DNA of 64,000 nt from Octopus bimaculoides (GCF_001194135.2 NC_068981.1:48983531-49047530), one strand, 5' to 3'. Numbered from the stretch's first letter, positions 27,494 to 42,156 are shown. A program made the numbers and translations. The notes: generated from the letters alone by a model not told the origin.

Positions 27494-27535
<42 letters not shown>

Positions 27536-28927
27536 GCATACGAAGAAGTATCTATATATTAACATATATTTGTCTCTAAATGTATGTATAGAAGTAGATA
27601 TGAAAGTATACAAGCAAATAGACATATCAGAACAGTGGTAAATAAAATTGCATGAGTCTATCATTTTTTTCACTACGTGCTTCCTTATAAAACTCCTGGG
27701 TTGCAGATATTTAATATTGTTTTTTTCTTCTTCTTTAGACAAAACCGTGCAATTACTGCTTTGTTGGCAATTAACATTTCGTTTACTTTAAAGTATTCAC
27801 TTATGACTGAAAAATACTAGGAAGGCATTAGACTCATGCTCACGCACAATTTCCCACCGCCCTACTTAATCTTTCGCTCAATTCCAATCAATGTCTGTCA
27901 TTTCGCTACCTTTATTCTATAAATTATACCTTTACCTTTCTATCTCCCTTTCCATCCCTTTAGTCTCTCTCTCCCCGTCTCTCTTTCTCTCTCTCTCTCG
28001 CTCTCTCTTTCCCCCATTTTCCCCATACACTCACACATCCCCTGTGCACCCACACACCCACACATACATATATATGCATACCTGCATTGACACACATATA
28101 CAGACACAGGCAGAGAGAGAGACAGACACACACACTTATATTATATCCGTGCTCATGCTTATTACTTGGCATGTGTGTACGTCTTTGCGATTCTGAATTA
28201 ATCTTTCTGAAGTACTTGCTGGCAACAAGGATTAAAAGCTGCATTGAAGCACTTAGCTCTGCTTTTCTATTAGTTCTATTGTAATTTGTTTTTGTCTTTC
28301 GAACCCGTGGCATCATTTGTTTTATTATATTAACATATTTTCTTTATCGGTCAGTAATAATAATTGAAAATCGTAATCATATTATATTGATTCGTGCGCG
28401 TGCGTTGAAAAACGTCTGAAACACAATGGTACTGCACTTGATGTTTTACAATTTCTTCTTCAGTGACACTAAACCTTTCTGATCTCAAGCTATTATCCGT
28501 GCGTTGTCTTTAATGATTTACACATGTCAACATTAACTAGCGTCCGTGTCACTAAGCTCATCTTTTTTTTAAATTATTATACGGCCGTTTCTTTAAATGA
28601 TTCATACCAGTAATGCATTGGAATATATTTAAAATACCACCAAATAACAAATTAAAAACGTAATTTGGTATATTTGAAGTTAATTTCTTCATCAAGCTCC
28701 CATAATATACCTGTGGATATGCGTGATTATCGGAAAATCATACAACCCTTCTTATATGTTTGCTATATTTAACACATTAGTTTTGATGATGAACTTGATT
28801 CCAGGGAAAGAAATATTGTTTTCTCACTGATGCATACTTCAACAAGTTTAGACAACTCAATTGTGTCTGGTCTACGTATGTCTCTAATAGGTAACATCTT
28901 TCATTGAAAGTCTCTCATATAGCATAG

Positions 28928-29010
28928 TGCTTCTTTGCAGGACATTTTGCTTCCTGAAAGATGGCAGCAATGAAATACTCGACTCAATGAAACATTGAGA
29001 ACATAATGAA
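28928..29010 (+). mobile_element. Possible short remnant of a mariner transposase C-terminus
   Basis: CFFAG / DILLPERWQQ / ILDS resembles the mariner terminal motif FFxxGIxxLPERWQxVxxxxG, but needs frameshifts and is short. Confidence 0.3.
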
Positions 29011-31389
29011 GTGAATTCTTATGGACTATAATAACAGACTTCTCCAGTTAAAGGGAGCATGTTTCAAGTTTCCATGATTGTCACCACTTCCTTTTTGTAT
29101 TGCCTTTATCAATGGCCACTATTACAGATATTGTTTTATTAACCTGTAATATTCAAACCGAATGTAACGGTCACCTGCACCGAATGATAAGATGTGATAG
29201 TCAACTACATGAATTATACAACTATTCAGTGATTCCTAATTCAGAGACATTATTGCATTCGTAGGGAGAATTTATAATTGCTACAGTCAGTTATTGAAAC
29301 GAATTCGTGTTTAATATGAACCGGATGTTTGTCTCTAAATCTAGATATCTGAAAAAACCTACGAGTAAAAGACTTTGGCTAATTTCACTGACTACATGAC
29401 AGCTTGTTATATTGAAAAAAAAAATGAGCGAGAGAAAAAAAAAACAAATAATTATCCCTGTCTCTGTTACGAATAAATCATTATATTGATTTCCCGCAAT
29501 AACGCTACCTTGTTTCTTATTTTTGTCATGTTAGGCAAGTGAGTTAGGTGGTAAAGTATTAATTTCCTGTAGCTGTGAATAGTGGTGAAGAGTTTTAATT
29601 CATCGCCTCATAACGACCTTCAAATCATGATCGGGCAATGTCTTGGGTACTAAAATTGATTTATTGTAATGCTTGTATAACCAATGATAACAACCTGTCC
29701 AGCTAAGCACACAGCACATTCTGAATCCCTATTTCAACTTAGTAATTTAACGTATACCATTATAATTTTTCCTCCAAATTGTAGCATCGAATTGCATTTA
29801 AGTGGATGCTTTTGGTGACTAAGTTTGTAACAAACTTTACCTTATGTATACAAGTCGATGTACAGAGTGAGCTCAATATGCAATCCCTTAGAAGTAACTT
29901 TATTACAATGAGCAATGTCTCACGATATCAGACAATTAAAAGTACCATTTCACTTAGCTAGGAGTTGTGTACATGAGTCAGTAACCAATACTGTTTCCTA
30001 TAACTTCAAGTATTATTATAAATAATTATGGTTACATGCACGAAGGGTGCTGAATTGATAGACCTGTACCAGTTTCTATTTAAACACATTCAATGATTTT
30101 CGTTAATTTCTTTGAATTTTGATGTTCATTCCCTCGTGGATCATATTTTTGATTAATCAATTTCTAGTCGATTAGGCACATATTCAATAAAATTTCGTAC
30201 ATTATTTCAGGGATACCGTCTATTGTATAAATTTCACCGAGTATTTGATTAGGTCCCAAATACTTTTCAGTGCGAGAGATCATTCTTCCTTCTGGAAAAT
30301 ATATTTGATCTCCACTAGCATTGACATGCGTATACACACACGAATACGCGCGACACACACACTCACCTACGCGCACTCATTCACTTTTTATCTGAAACAC
30401 ACACGTACATGTTATCAAATTAACGGAAGTGAAAGCACGTAGGAGATGAAAGATTGTCTTTGCCAAAATGGAGTATTCCTGTGAAGTGGAATAAGTCGAA
30501 AATTAAACGAAATTATATACTATGAAGACGGCATGTAAAATTTCAGATATTCTCTTTATGTTTCACCGATGTAAATTACATACAATTACTTCAAACTAGG
30601 AATATTTGCATAGGGTAATAATTGCGAGAAATAGCAGCAAACTCGCTCAAACGCTCACACATCATGTCCTCCACACGCAAAGATAATCATGATGTTACAC
30701 TGGTGCCCTAAATATAACCTACCAAGAAAAAACAAACGCAAGAGCTAGAATATATTTCATCATAAGGAAGGTTGATTGGTCTTGGCATTAATTCCTAATC
30801 TGGATTGACACACAAATAATGATAACAACATAACATGATATAAAATTCGTTAATCTAATCTAACTTTTGAAAATAAATCGTGATGGTAATACATTTTTCT
30901 ATCATGTACAAATTGAAATATTTGCCATACATAAGTAATATATTTCTTCAAGATTATATCACAAGAAATTAATCTTGCTGTGCTTTGAGATCAAAGTTCA
31001 ACGCCTTGCAGTGGTTTTATATTTCATTACAAAAAGTTATACTAAATATGTAGGCAGTATATATTATCGTTAGAGATTTGGAATGCAGATAGTGACACTT
31101 GAGTTTCGAGGGTTCGTAGAAAGATTTCCAGCACACATATTAGTGTCCTGTGCCTTTAGCATATTGACAACACGAATGGGAGTAGGTGGGCTATCATTAC
31201 AGCTAGTCGAGATAATATTAGTGTTGTAGGTAGCTTAGTGTTCTATGGTATGAGCTGAAGCTATTGGAATCGGTACCGCTTCATAGTTGTTATTGTTTCT
31301 GTCTCTTTTAGTAGCAGGTTCACTGATGTTAATATTATAATATCTACTGACAGGTCATGCAGGCTGCTGGTATTGTTATGAATAGTATT

Positions 31390-31600
31390 AATGTCAATTG
31401 AGAGATTAGCATGCAGGGTGAAATGCTTAGTGGTATTTCGTCTGCCGCTACCTTCTGAGTTCAAATTTCGCCGGGGTCGACATTGCCTGTCATCCTTTTG
31501 GGGGTCGATAAAACAAGTACCAGTTACGAACTGGGGTCGATGTAATCGACTTAATCCTTTCCCCTAAATTTGAGGTCATGTGCTTCCAATAAAAAATATT
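31390..31600 (+). mobile_element. SINE family B copy
   Basis: GGGTGAAATGCTTAGTGGTATTTCGTC...TTCTGAGTTCAAATTTCGCCGGGGTCGAC. Confidence 0.85.
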
Positions 31601-33189
31601 AATATTTTTATTATTGTTTTTCCCTTTACAATTCGGCTCCTATATCCTCTGGTGTAGTTTCTTTTATTTCCTCCGTGACCGATTGCTACACTTTCAAAAT
31701 GGGTGATGATATAAAAATGGACGAACACACATTTCAAGATGGTGTTATAGCTTGAATTAGGAATTTCCCAGTGCCTCGACTGAGACACTCTAGGCAAATT
31801 CAGGACAAATCTCAACGTTAACTTTGGTGAATCCCTCATTCCTAACCCATCAAATGTCGATGTTTTAGCTTTTCGTAGATCTAAACTCCCACTCTTATAA
31901 ACCGTGCTGTTAACCCAACGAGTAACTTTCCTACATATCTAAACATTCTTCCCACGCACCTATAGTGTTTTATAACATGATTGCTTAAATAGCAATACTA
32001 TATACATCATCTCTTCTAAACAATTTTTTGATAACGAAACCTCCGACTATATCAATGCCCCACCTATCTGTGGCTTTACAAATCCAGTATATTACAATCC
32101 CTCCAGTCATTAATTCCGTAATTTGGCAGCTGTTTCAGGAAGAACAGTGCTACATAAGTATCACAAAAATCATTATTTGCGTATGAAATATTCTAAAGTC
32201 ACGTGTATGTAAATAGTAACCTGTTACATGAAAATATTAAGGAATGTGCGCCTTTTTCTTATCAAGAGAAATCAGGAGATATCAAAGAATCAGGGTAAGA
32301 GGAAAAGGTTTGCAACATAAGGAGAAAAGAAGACGGGAAAATAGAAGAAACCGAGACAAAATGGGGAAACGGTCATTTAGGTACACAAAGTATTCAGGCA
32401 TGTGACTGGAGAACTACTATACATACAGGCGAAACACTCAGTGGCAAGAGACTGACTCGAAGGAAATAAAATATTGCTAATTTATAATTTGTTATTGTAT
32501 ACTTTTTGTCCGGTATTTAATGAATAAATATAAATAGAGACATTGCATTTATTGAAGTCTTTTCTTCATTGTTCAATATCATTCAAGTAAAATCTTTTTT
32601 GATCTATTGAACACTTGTTTTTTGTCTCTGAGAATATACACTATATTGCTGAGGTGCATGTGTAACACTGAAATAAATATAACTGATGAGCTAATATCGT
32701 TAGATTGGTAGTTATACCGCAAATACTACACCATATTTCCTTATAAATCATATTCAGGATTACTTTATTAACCACCAGTTTAATTTTATTAAGGCTCTCA
32801 GAAAGAATGTGAAGATAATTTAGTTTTAGTTGCAGCAGACTTGCCGTGTACATTTCCCAATCATTTAGCATGATTTACCTATGTGGGACATAGGTGACCT
32901 GAATAAATTAACAGAAAAGTCACAACCATTTCATTCAAAATTACTTGCAACAATGTCATGTTTGTCCAGATGCTTGATATATGGTTCAATGGGTGTATTT
33001 ATTATAGTTCATCCTTGACTGTCATAGAAATTATAATAAGGACTGAATTCATTGTTCTTAAAATTAATAGTCAAAAATATTTAGCCTACTATTTCTTGCA
33101 GATTTTGATATAAATTGCTTCATAGTTTCTGTACAGATCAGTTCAAAAGAAAAATAAACAAAAATATCATATTGCTATTTGTTCTCGAG

Positions 33190-33390
33190 GCCTGGAACTC
33201 AGAGGGCTAGTTGCTCGATTTCTATGGTGCATAAGTGTTATTCCATGTGAACGGGACGCCGTTCAGTTGCAAGAATCAAGTACAGTAATTTTTTGAGGGA
33301 GGGTGTAAGTTAATTACATCAATCCCAGCAATTGACTGGTATTTTACTTTATCATCTTCGAAGTGATGAATGGCAAAGTTGTCACGAACG
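33190..33390. mobile_element. Composite SINE fragments (33300-33390 is a minus-strand family B piece)
   Basis: TTACATCAATCCCAGCAATTGACTGGTATTTTACTTTATC aligns to the reverse complement of the 31500 region. The upstream part has a GGGACGCC motif reminiscent of the 45843 family. Confidence 0.55.
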
Positions 33391-34095
33391 TAGCGAGCCG
33401 AAGGTAATGTATTAATTGTTCTGCTATCTCACTGCTTTATCACATTTTTATAACTAACAATAAAAATGTTGTGCTGTTATGCAACTGGGGAAAATATCGG
33501 AAAATTATTCTCAAACTAGAGACAATTTTTTTTAATAATTAAACGAGCAACAGGGCCTCGGGTCATGTAATCCTAGATATACACTAAGAAAGTAACTGAA
33601 AAGTAACAAATTGCTGGTCATTGACCACATGTCTTTTCGATCAGCTTTGATCTGGGCCGAAACAACCTCATATTTAAAAAAACAAAAACTATCGACGATA
33701 AAAGATTTTCGAAGTCAACAACATTGTATATTATGTCAAGAGACACGCAATCAAGTAATTATCAAACCTGCTTTTGTCCAGAATAGAGCAAAACGTTAAT
33801 ACATGAACCTATCAAGCAATCGATCACCAAACTAAGTAGACATATTATATTTAATTTTCAATAGTTTCTTTATCGATAAATTTAGGAGTGATGATAGTGT
33901 GCGTATTGGAGTGAAGATTTGACATTTTTAATGCATTTTTGGGTATATCTAAGATCTCTATATAATCGGGTTATATTCCTTGAAAAGAAAGTGACGTTTC
34001 CTTTAGGCTCTTTCTTTATATTCTTTGATGTCGTTCAATTCAAAGTTACTTTATCTACATTCAAACGTGCAAGAAAGTTATATGAAATGAAATTT

Positions 34096-34353
34096 GTAGT
34101 GCATAATTATAAGAACCTGTGTAAGCATATATATATGCAAGAAATATTAGTGACTGCCTCGTGTATGACCGATCAATCAGTATGAATAGGCTTCATCAAA
34201 TGCCCTCGAATGTATATATGCAAATTGCCATTACTAATTATACATATTATAATGTAGTGCATAATTATAAGAACCTATATTAGTGACTAACTCGTGTTCG
34301 ACTAATCAATCAGCCTGAATAAGCTTCATCTAATGCCCTCGAATGTATATATG
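34096..34353. repeat. Local imperfect direct duplication (about 125 bp and about 100 bp)
   Basis: GTAGTGCATAATTATAAGAACCT...GCTTCATC.AATGCCCTCGAATGTATATATGCA occurs at 34096 and 34254. Confidence 0.9.
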
Positions 34354-34930
34354 CATTATTCTAATTCGGTTTACTTGGTATATTTATCTGTCCTCGTTAG
34401 GCGGAATGCAATATTTCTAAATTAGTAAGTACTGTATAAAGCAAAATAAATAAACGTAAACGTGTTGTTAATGCAGATTTCCTGAGTATCAATGATGTTG
34501 ATCTATATCATGATATTTGATTATTCCAAAATAGCACATGCAATGTGGCAACTGTGCAGGTTACCTTTAGAAAATTGATCTATATAGGTTAAACATTAGA
34601 CCAAACTATTACATAATTTTGTCGTATTCGTACTCTTGAGCGAGATATTTGATGGCAATGTAACGGCGTGCTTTAATTTCTAATTGATTTCCAAACAAAT
34701 CTCCATCACTAACTATACATGTTATCTTCCTTCTCAATGTTGTTACACACATTTTACAAATTGAAAAATAACTACACAACAAGAAGTATCAGTATTTAAT
34801 ATATGTAGAAACTTTCTGTTCTGCATTGAATGCATTTTGTAAACACATACTTTCATACTTTTACAGATTCAGTCTTTCGTAAAGTCTATATATTCACACA
34901 CACACACACACATACACACACACACACACA

Positions 34931-34972
<42 letters not shown>

Positions 34973-35929
34973 CAGACATACATACACATATACATAAACA
35001 TATATGTATGTGTATATACATCCAAACAAATATATATATACATATATNNNNNNNNNNNNNNNNNNNNNNNNNNNNNNNNNNNNNNNNNNNNNNNNNNNNN
35101 NNNNNNNNNNNNNNNNNNNNNNNNNNNNNNNNNNNNNNNNNNNNNNNNNNNNNNNNNNNNNNNNNNNNNNNNNNNNNNNNNNNNNNNNNNNNNNNNNNNN
35201 NNNNNNNNNNNNTAATATATATTATAGCAGTGCACGCAATCTATTTTGTGCCTAATGTGCGTAAGAAAAAGTGCTTTAGCGTTTCCCAATAAATTATTAA
35301 TATTTTTTCGGAAAAACTCGACTAAATTACATTTTTAGAAATTTTGAAAAACAAGCAAAAATGTATGATATGGTAGATTGAATATTTCACTCATATATTT
35401 CATTCCTTGTATTTTTTTATAATTTTCATTACGTAGTCGCGTTGACATTGTTTATTCATTTCTCAGTAGCATACTGCAGCTTACCGGTTCCATCGTCTTG
35501 GCGGTAGACGCTGTTAGCTAGCCAAAGAAATCAATAAAGCAGTTATGTTCATTGCCAAATGGCTGGCCGTTAGTTCAACAACAAAAGCCCCTTATAGCAT
35601 CGATCACAATATATGCTATGAAGAAAAAGACGTGGCACAAACGCCTGAATTGGCTGTTGGCCTTTTACTGAAGTGTCAACACATTCAAACTATTTCATGC
35701 TGTACACACCGATGCAACTCAAATACATACGCTTCAACTAAAACACTGGCTGGATTTCTAGAAATTATTTAACCATAAAGAATTTGGAATAATTCAGCAA
35801 TTTACCATCCGCAAGTTTGGTAATATAATCAGAAAACTACTCCTAAACACGTTTTGTAAATGTCGCATATTGTTATTATAGTTTAGATATTTAGATGTGG
35901 TTTAATTCTGACACAGATAAGACTATAAA

Positions 35930-36006
35930 ACATGTTTTCTTTCTCTTTCTTTCTTTCCTTCTGTCTTCCTTCTTTCCTTTCTCTCTTTCTTTGTTTCTTT
36001 CTTTTT

Positions 36007-36043
<37 letters not shown>

Positions 36044-36045
36044 TT
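35930..36045. repeat. (TTTC)n pyrimidine tract
   Basis: Directly visible. Confidence 0.9.
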
Positions 36046-36371
36046 TTTTAACCACATTTTCAAATTTAATAATAAAATATAAGAGCTTACATGAGTACAA
36101 TGTAAAATATCTCAAATACCTGATGAAAATTAACAAATGTTAAAGGGAAGAGACAAAATGTTATACAATATATNNNNNNNNNNNNNNNNNNNNNNNNNNN
36201 NNNNNNNNNNNNNNNNNNNNNNNNNNNNNNNNNNNNNNNNNNNNNNNNNNNNNNNNNNNNNNNNNNNNNNNNNNNNNNNNNNNNNNNNNNNNNNNNNNNN
36301 NNNNNNNNNNTATATATGTATATATATATATATACATACACACGTATATACATATAGAGAGAGATACACAA

Positions 36372-36405
<34 letters not shown>

Positions 36406-37571
36406 GCTCGCATATTCAACATACACACGCATGCACCTACACATACATGAACACACCTGCACATACACGTACATACACACGTATGTATGTATATTCATAT
36501 GTGAATATGTTTGTGAAGATATGCGTGTAAGTTGTTAAACATCATTACCGTGACATATTTACTAAGTTTGCTTTCAAATGGATTCACTCTGGAGAGATGA
36601 AGAATTGAAGTGGTATTTAATGTGAATATGGGAAATGCAATAGTGTACCTTTTGTTGAAAACACTTCTAAAATCGTGTTGTGTGACATTTTGAATTCATT
36701 CCTTTGATCAAAGTAGCTTTTTATACACACCTCTGATTCCAAATATTTGACTTTCTACCAAATGTTCTTTATGTCTATTATTATACTTCATTTCAAACCA
36801 CCCTGTGTCATGCAACTAAACATAAAAATTATCATTTATATTTTAATGTTTCTTTCTAATATAATCTGAGTTATTTTATTGTTTTCCCATAATGGTTTCA
36901 TCTCATAAATTTATGCAAATATGTATCGAAAGCTGAGCACAGATTACAGAAATATGACCATTGTGGGTCTCTTGAACAAATTTCGATAACGCAACAAAAT
37001 ATTGTGTAAAGCATAACTAGTCCCTGCGCTATAAACAATGCTAAATAAAATTATCAATTTCGTCCTCGAAATATCCAAATATGTATTCATGAATGCAACC
37101 ACTCTCTATGTATATTCGCAAACATATTTATTTATCTCATATATAGAATTTTATCTTAGACAATTTATGTATGTGCATATGTATACATGTTTACGTAAAT
37201 TCGTATTTCAACGACCGCAAACGTACACATGCTTCTATATATGCATGCACACAAGCGTAAATGTGTGTATATATGCATAAATGCATATATATATATATGT
37301 GTGTGTGTGTGTCTTTGTGTGTAAGTATGTATGTAGGTATCTATATATACGGTGAAAGTGACAAACTGGTGGATATAAAAGAAAAGTTAGATCCTCAGGT
37401 GAAAGTCATTGTTGTACCTGTTCCGAATGATATCGCTCGAAATTGTAATATTTTGTTATTATCTCAGTAAATAACGTTTTTTTAATTTTGCTGAATCACG
37501 CACCAATATCACGTGGCAGATGAAGTACAACGCTAACGGTGTAAGAGGATATGGGCACATACTTACACCTT

Positions 37572-37607
<36 letters not shown>

Positions 37608-37646
37608 ACACACACACACACATATATATATATACCCACATATTTG

Positions 37647-37810
37647 CACAGGCGTGGCTGTGTAGTAAGAAGCTTGCTTCCTAACCACATTGTTCCGTGT
37701 TCAATCCTACGGTGTCGCTCCTCGAGCGGCTGTCTTTTACTATAGCTTCGTGCAGACCAGAGCCTTGTAAATGGATTTGGTAGAAGGAAACTGAAAGAAG
37801 CCCGTCGTAT
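37647..37810 (+). mobile_element. SINE family A, 5' part (ends at a gap)
   Basis: GGCGTGGCTGTGTAGTAAGAAGCTTGCTTCCTAACCAC...GGATTTGGTAGAAGGAAACTGAAAGAAGCCCGTCGTAT. Confidence 0.85.
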
Positions 37811-38724
37811 NNNNNNNNNNNNNNNNNNNNNNNNNNNNNNNNNNNNNNNNNNNNNNNNNNNNNNNNNNNNNNNNNNNNNNNNNNNNNNNNNNNNNNNNNN
37901 NNNNNNNNNNNNNNNNNNNNNNNNNNNNNNNNNNNNNNNNNNNNNNNNNNNNNNNNNNNNNNNNNNNNNNNNNNNNNNNNNNNNNNNNNNNNNNNNNNNN
38001 NNNNNNNNNNNNNNNNNNNNNNNNNNNNNNNNNNNNNNNNNNNNNNNNNNNNNNNNNNNNNNNNNNNNNNNNNNNNNNNNNNNNNNNNNNNNNNNNNNNN
38101 NNNNNNNNNNNNNNNNNNNNNNNNNNNNNNNNNNNNNNNNNNNNNNNNNNNNNNNNNNNNNNNNNNNNNNNNNNNNNNNNNNNNNNNNNNNNNNNNNNNN
38201 NNNNNNNNNNNNNNNNNNNNNNNNNNNNNNNNNNNNNNNNNNNNNNNNNNNNNNNNNNNNNNNNNNCTAAAAGCAGACTAAACGGTAGATCATGATTTCG
38301 TAATTATTGCAGTATTACGCAACCTTTACTCATAAGTACACGCATGGTCAAGGCACATAAAAATATACAAAAAAAACCAGCATACCAGACGGACACTCCA
38401 TGTATTCAGCATAGTACATAGATAATTGTTTATCCCTATATATCTATATAACTATGTATTTTCGAATTGCATCTCGGTACATGTGTTTTTTTTTGTCTTT
38501 TTTTTTCAGAATAAAATTCTGAATACATTTTGGTTATATTTATAATTCAAGAATAGGATAAAATCTTTATAAGAATTTATCAAGTAGTTAGCGTGAAGAT
38601 ACCTCATAAGGAAAAAGACCATCATTTATTCCCTATAAATATATTTTTTTATATAAGGGCATTACTGTATACATACATACGTACGTACGTACGCATGTAT
38701 GTATGTATGTATATATGTATGTAT

Positions 38725-38940
38725 GCATATGTTTGTGTCTGTGTTTGTCTCCCGACTATCACTTGACAACTTATGTGGGTGTGCTTCAATACCCCTAACC
38801 CAGCCGTTCGGTAAAACAAAAACCGATAGCGTATGTACCAGGCTTACAAAGAGTGAGTTTAGTGGTCGATTTCTTCGACTAAATGTCGGCACTCTAGTAT
38901 GACTCAATTAAATGACTGAAAAATGTAAAAGAATAAAAGA
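38725..38940 (+). mobile_element. SINE family A, 3' part
   Basis: CCGATAG..AGGCTTACAAAG..GGTCGATTT.TTCGACTAAA..AAATGACTGAAA, matching 2620-2770. Confidence 0.75.
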
Positions 38941-38976
38941 ATATATATATGTATGTATTTGTATTTATGCATGCAT

Positions 38977-39010
<34 letters not shown>

Positions 39011-42000
39011 TGTATAAACAGAAATGTAAGCGTGCGTGCGCGATCGTGTTTAAGAAACGTTTCCCTCACATTATGCCTATTTCAAATATGGAGCTCAGAA
39101 GAGGAAATAATGTGAGAAAACTATTTACATATCGGTAGGATACTTAATATGCACTTATTCATCCCTATTCCCATACATACATCTAACGACTCTGAGTAAC
39201 TCCTCTTAGCTCATTTTTGTAGACTTATTCTAATTCTCTGAAACATAAATGTGTTCTACTCTAGTTTGTATCTTCTGAAATATTTCGAATACTGAATACA
39301 AAACAAGGCATTTGCTGCGTTAACGAAGTCCACTGGAGAAAAGTTGTGTCCACAGATGTCCTCCTAAGTAATAACTATATTTTAGTTGATAAATTGTCAA
39401 TATTAGAGAATTTTTGCTTTACGAGGTTAGGTATCCTCTTCCATTGGACTTGGTGCCAATTGTCATAAGACGAGTGATCTAGTCATTTTCAAGATGATAT
39501 CATATCTATAAAACAGAAATTAATTGTATTTGCTTAAACAACTTAACAGTAAATATATGTTGTATAGATTTAGGGAAAGTTCACAATAGAAAATCTCTGC
39601 TAAAGGGTGGCGAAATTAATTTCACATTCCATAATATTGCCTAATATTGTACATTACAAAGGTCATCATCTCATTGTATTTCGAAAATTGCCAATAGAGT
39701 ATTTTCTAACTTGAAGTAAAATATTTGATTGCCATTGAAACGTAATTTATGAAATGGATAAATCACAGAAAGTGTAATACACCAGACTAGTCATTTTGCA
39801 TTTGTATACTCATCAATTGCTCAGTAATAGGTGAAATATGCGTTCCAATTGCAGTACCACAGAAAAAAAAAATTACCTGCGAAAATAAAATGATCATAAT
39901 ATATTAGATGTTTTATTAGTGCTATGCTTTGAAAGATTAAAGGTAAACATAAATAAGCAAGTGTATACACAAGCGGTTGATGTATTCACATTTATATGTA
40001 AATGCTGTTTCACGCGTAAATTTTGTTTCAAACGTTGAAATAAATATTTTTACAACATTTATTCTTATTGTACACTAAAATAGTTATTCTCATATATCAT
40101 AAAAGAACAGTAAACAATGAGAAATGAATGTTTCCGTGATCTGACGCGCAAAATTGTAGGAACCAAAATATTATATAATATAAGATATTCAGTATAATAT
40201 AATTATATGCTTTCCCTCAGGTTCGATTCCATATTTGCCACTACAGAATTTTTGAATCGGTTATCAGATTTTTAGTCCTTTTGAATTTGCCATAGAAACA
40301 TTTCAACCTCATCTGTCAGATATATGAACTAAACCCAAATCCAATTAAGCTGGCCTGGGGCTAAGTGCTTTAGGCTAGGGATTTTAAATCAAACAAAATA
40401 TTCTATTAGCAGCATATTGTGAATTGTAATTTAAAACGAAATTCTAGATTTGATTCATTATGTGTTTTCGATATATTTTAAGTACAATATAGATAGTTAA
40501 ATGTATACGTATCAATTTGTATGTGCAAATGTGTGTGTGTGAGTGTGTGTTTGTGTGTATGTGTCCGTTTGTGTGTGTGTTTATATTTAGCCAAAAGTCA
40601 CCTGAATTCCAAGATTGAAACAACAAAATTATTTTATATAAGACTTCGCTAATAACAAGACAAATGCTGGAAAACAAAACTCTGATTTAAACTCACAGCA
40701 CTCAATTATTGAATATTCATAATAGGAGAGAATAAATAAAATTGTTTACTAAGTATTCAAGAATTTTAATTAACTGTCGGGTGACATGTGGCCAAAACTA
40801 TTTCTATATATAAATATATANNNNNNNNNNNNNNNNNNNNNNNNNNNNNNNNNNNNNNNNNNNNNNNNNNNNNNNNNNNNNNNNNNNNNNNNNNNNNNNN
40901 NNNNNNNNNNNNNNNNNNNNNNNNNNNNNNNNNNNNNNNNNNNNNNNNNNNNNNNNNNNNNNNNNNNNNNNNNNNNNNNNNNNNNNNNNNNNNNNNNNNN
41001 NNNNNNNNNNNNNNNNNNNNNNNNNNNNNNNNNNNNNNNNNNNNNNNNNNNNNNNNNNNNNNNNNNNNNNNNNNNNNNNNNNNNNNNNNNNNNNNNNNNN
41101 NNNNNNNNNNNNNNNNNNNNNNNNNNNNNNNNNNNNNNNNNNNNNNNNNNNNNNNNNNNNNNNNNNNNNNNNNNNNNNNNNNNNNNNNNNNNNNNNNNNN
41201 NNNNNNNNNNNNNNNNNNNNNNNNNNNNNNNNNNNNNNNNNNNNNNNNNNNNNNNNNNNNNNNNNNNNNNNNNNNNNNNNNNNNNNNNNNNNNNNNNNNN
41301 NNNNNNNNNNNNNNNNNNNNNNNNNNNNNNNNNNNNNNNNNNNNNNNNNNNNNNNNNNNNNNNNNNNNNNNNNNNNNNNNNNNNNNNNNNNNNNNNNNNN
41401 NNNNNNNNNNNNNNNNNNNNNNNNNNNNNNNNNATGTCTCTTAAAGGATAGAGCTCAAAATCGATGCATTGAAGATCCTTTATTGCAGCAACAATTATAA
41501 TAGCAGAAACAACCACAATAGACCAAACCTATGCACATTTCAATAGGGTATCCAGGATAAATAAACCACATCACAATATGTCTCATAAAATATTGTAACA
41601 TATTACAACATATTACAAATTACAAATTATAAATTGCTGGATACTCCATCTCTTTAGGGTCGCATTATTGCCATCACCAATACTACTATTATTAGCAAAA
41701 CACGCACATCATCAAAGAGGGTGAAAGAATAATCGACGGTACGCAACCTACCATCGTTATTTTCTTTCAGAATGTAAACAAACAAATCAAATCAAATCCA
41801 GTGACATACACCGCCCGGTTTACAGCGTAAAAATCTCTTGCCAAAAATGTTTCGCTATATACATCAAGATTTCCTAATGTATTTATCTATAACCATAATA
41901 TATTAACTATACCCACCCGTACACACGCACACACACCAACTCACACACCCACACCCACACACACCCACATACACATATATATCTATACATACATACACAC

Positions 42001-42156
42001 ACACACATATATCTATATATATATTTTTAAATATATAACCATATGCACACAAACACATATATACATACACATATGCATGTATATACATATACACACATAC
42101 ATATACACATACATATACACCCACATATAAACGCACATATATATATNNNNNNNNNN

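Larger units (their letters stand above)
26880..27498 (-). mobile_element. Non-coding retrozyme-like or Penelope-terminal element: two direct repeat units, each with a hammerhead, bounded by a 53-bp inverted repeat
   Basis: Direct repeat 27028-27136 vs 27342-27450 with 3 substitutions. Inverted repeat 26922-26974 / 27446-27498 with 1 mismatch. GC-richer than the flanks. Confidence 0.75.

Noticed and set aside
37335-37470. Protein-looking stretch GESDKLVDIKEKLDPQVKVIVVPVPNDIA
   Set aside because: Wedged between microsatellites, ends in a stop, has no convincing splice pair and no family match that I can name.
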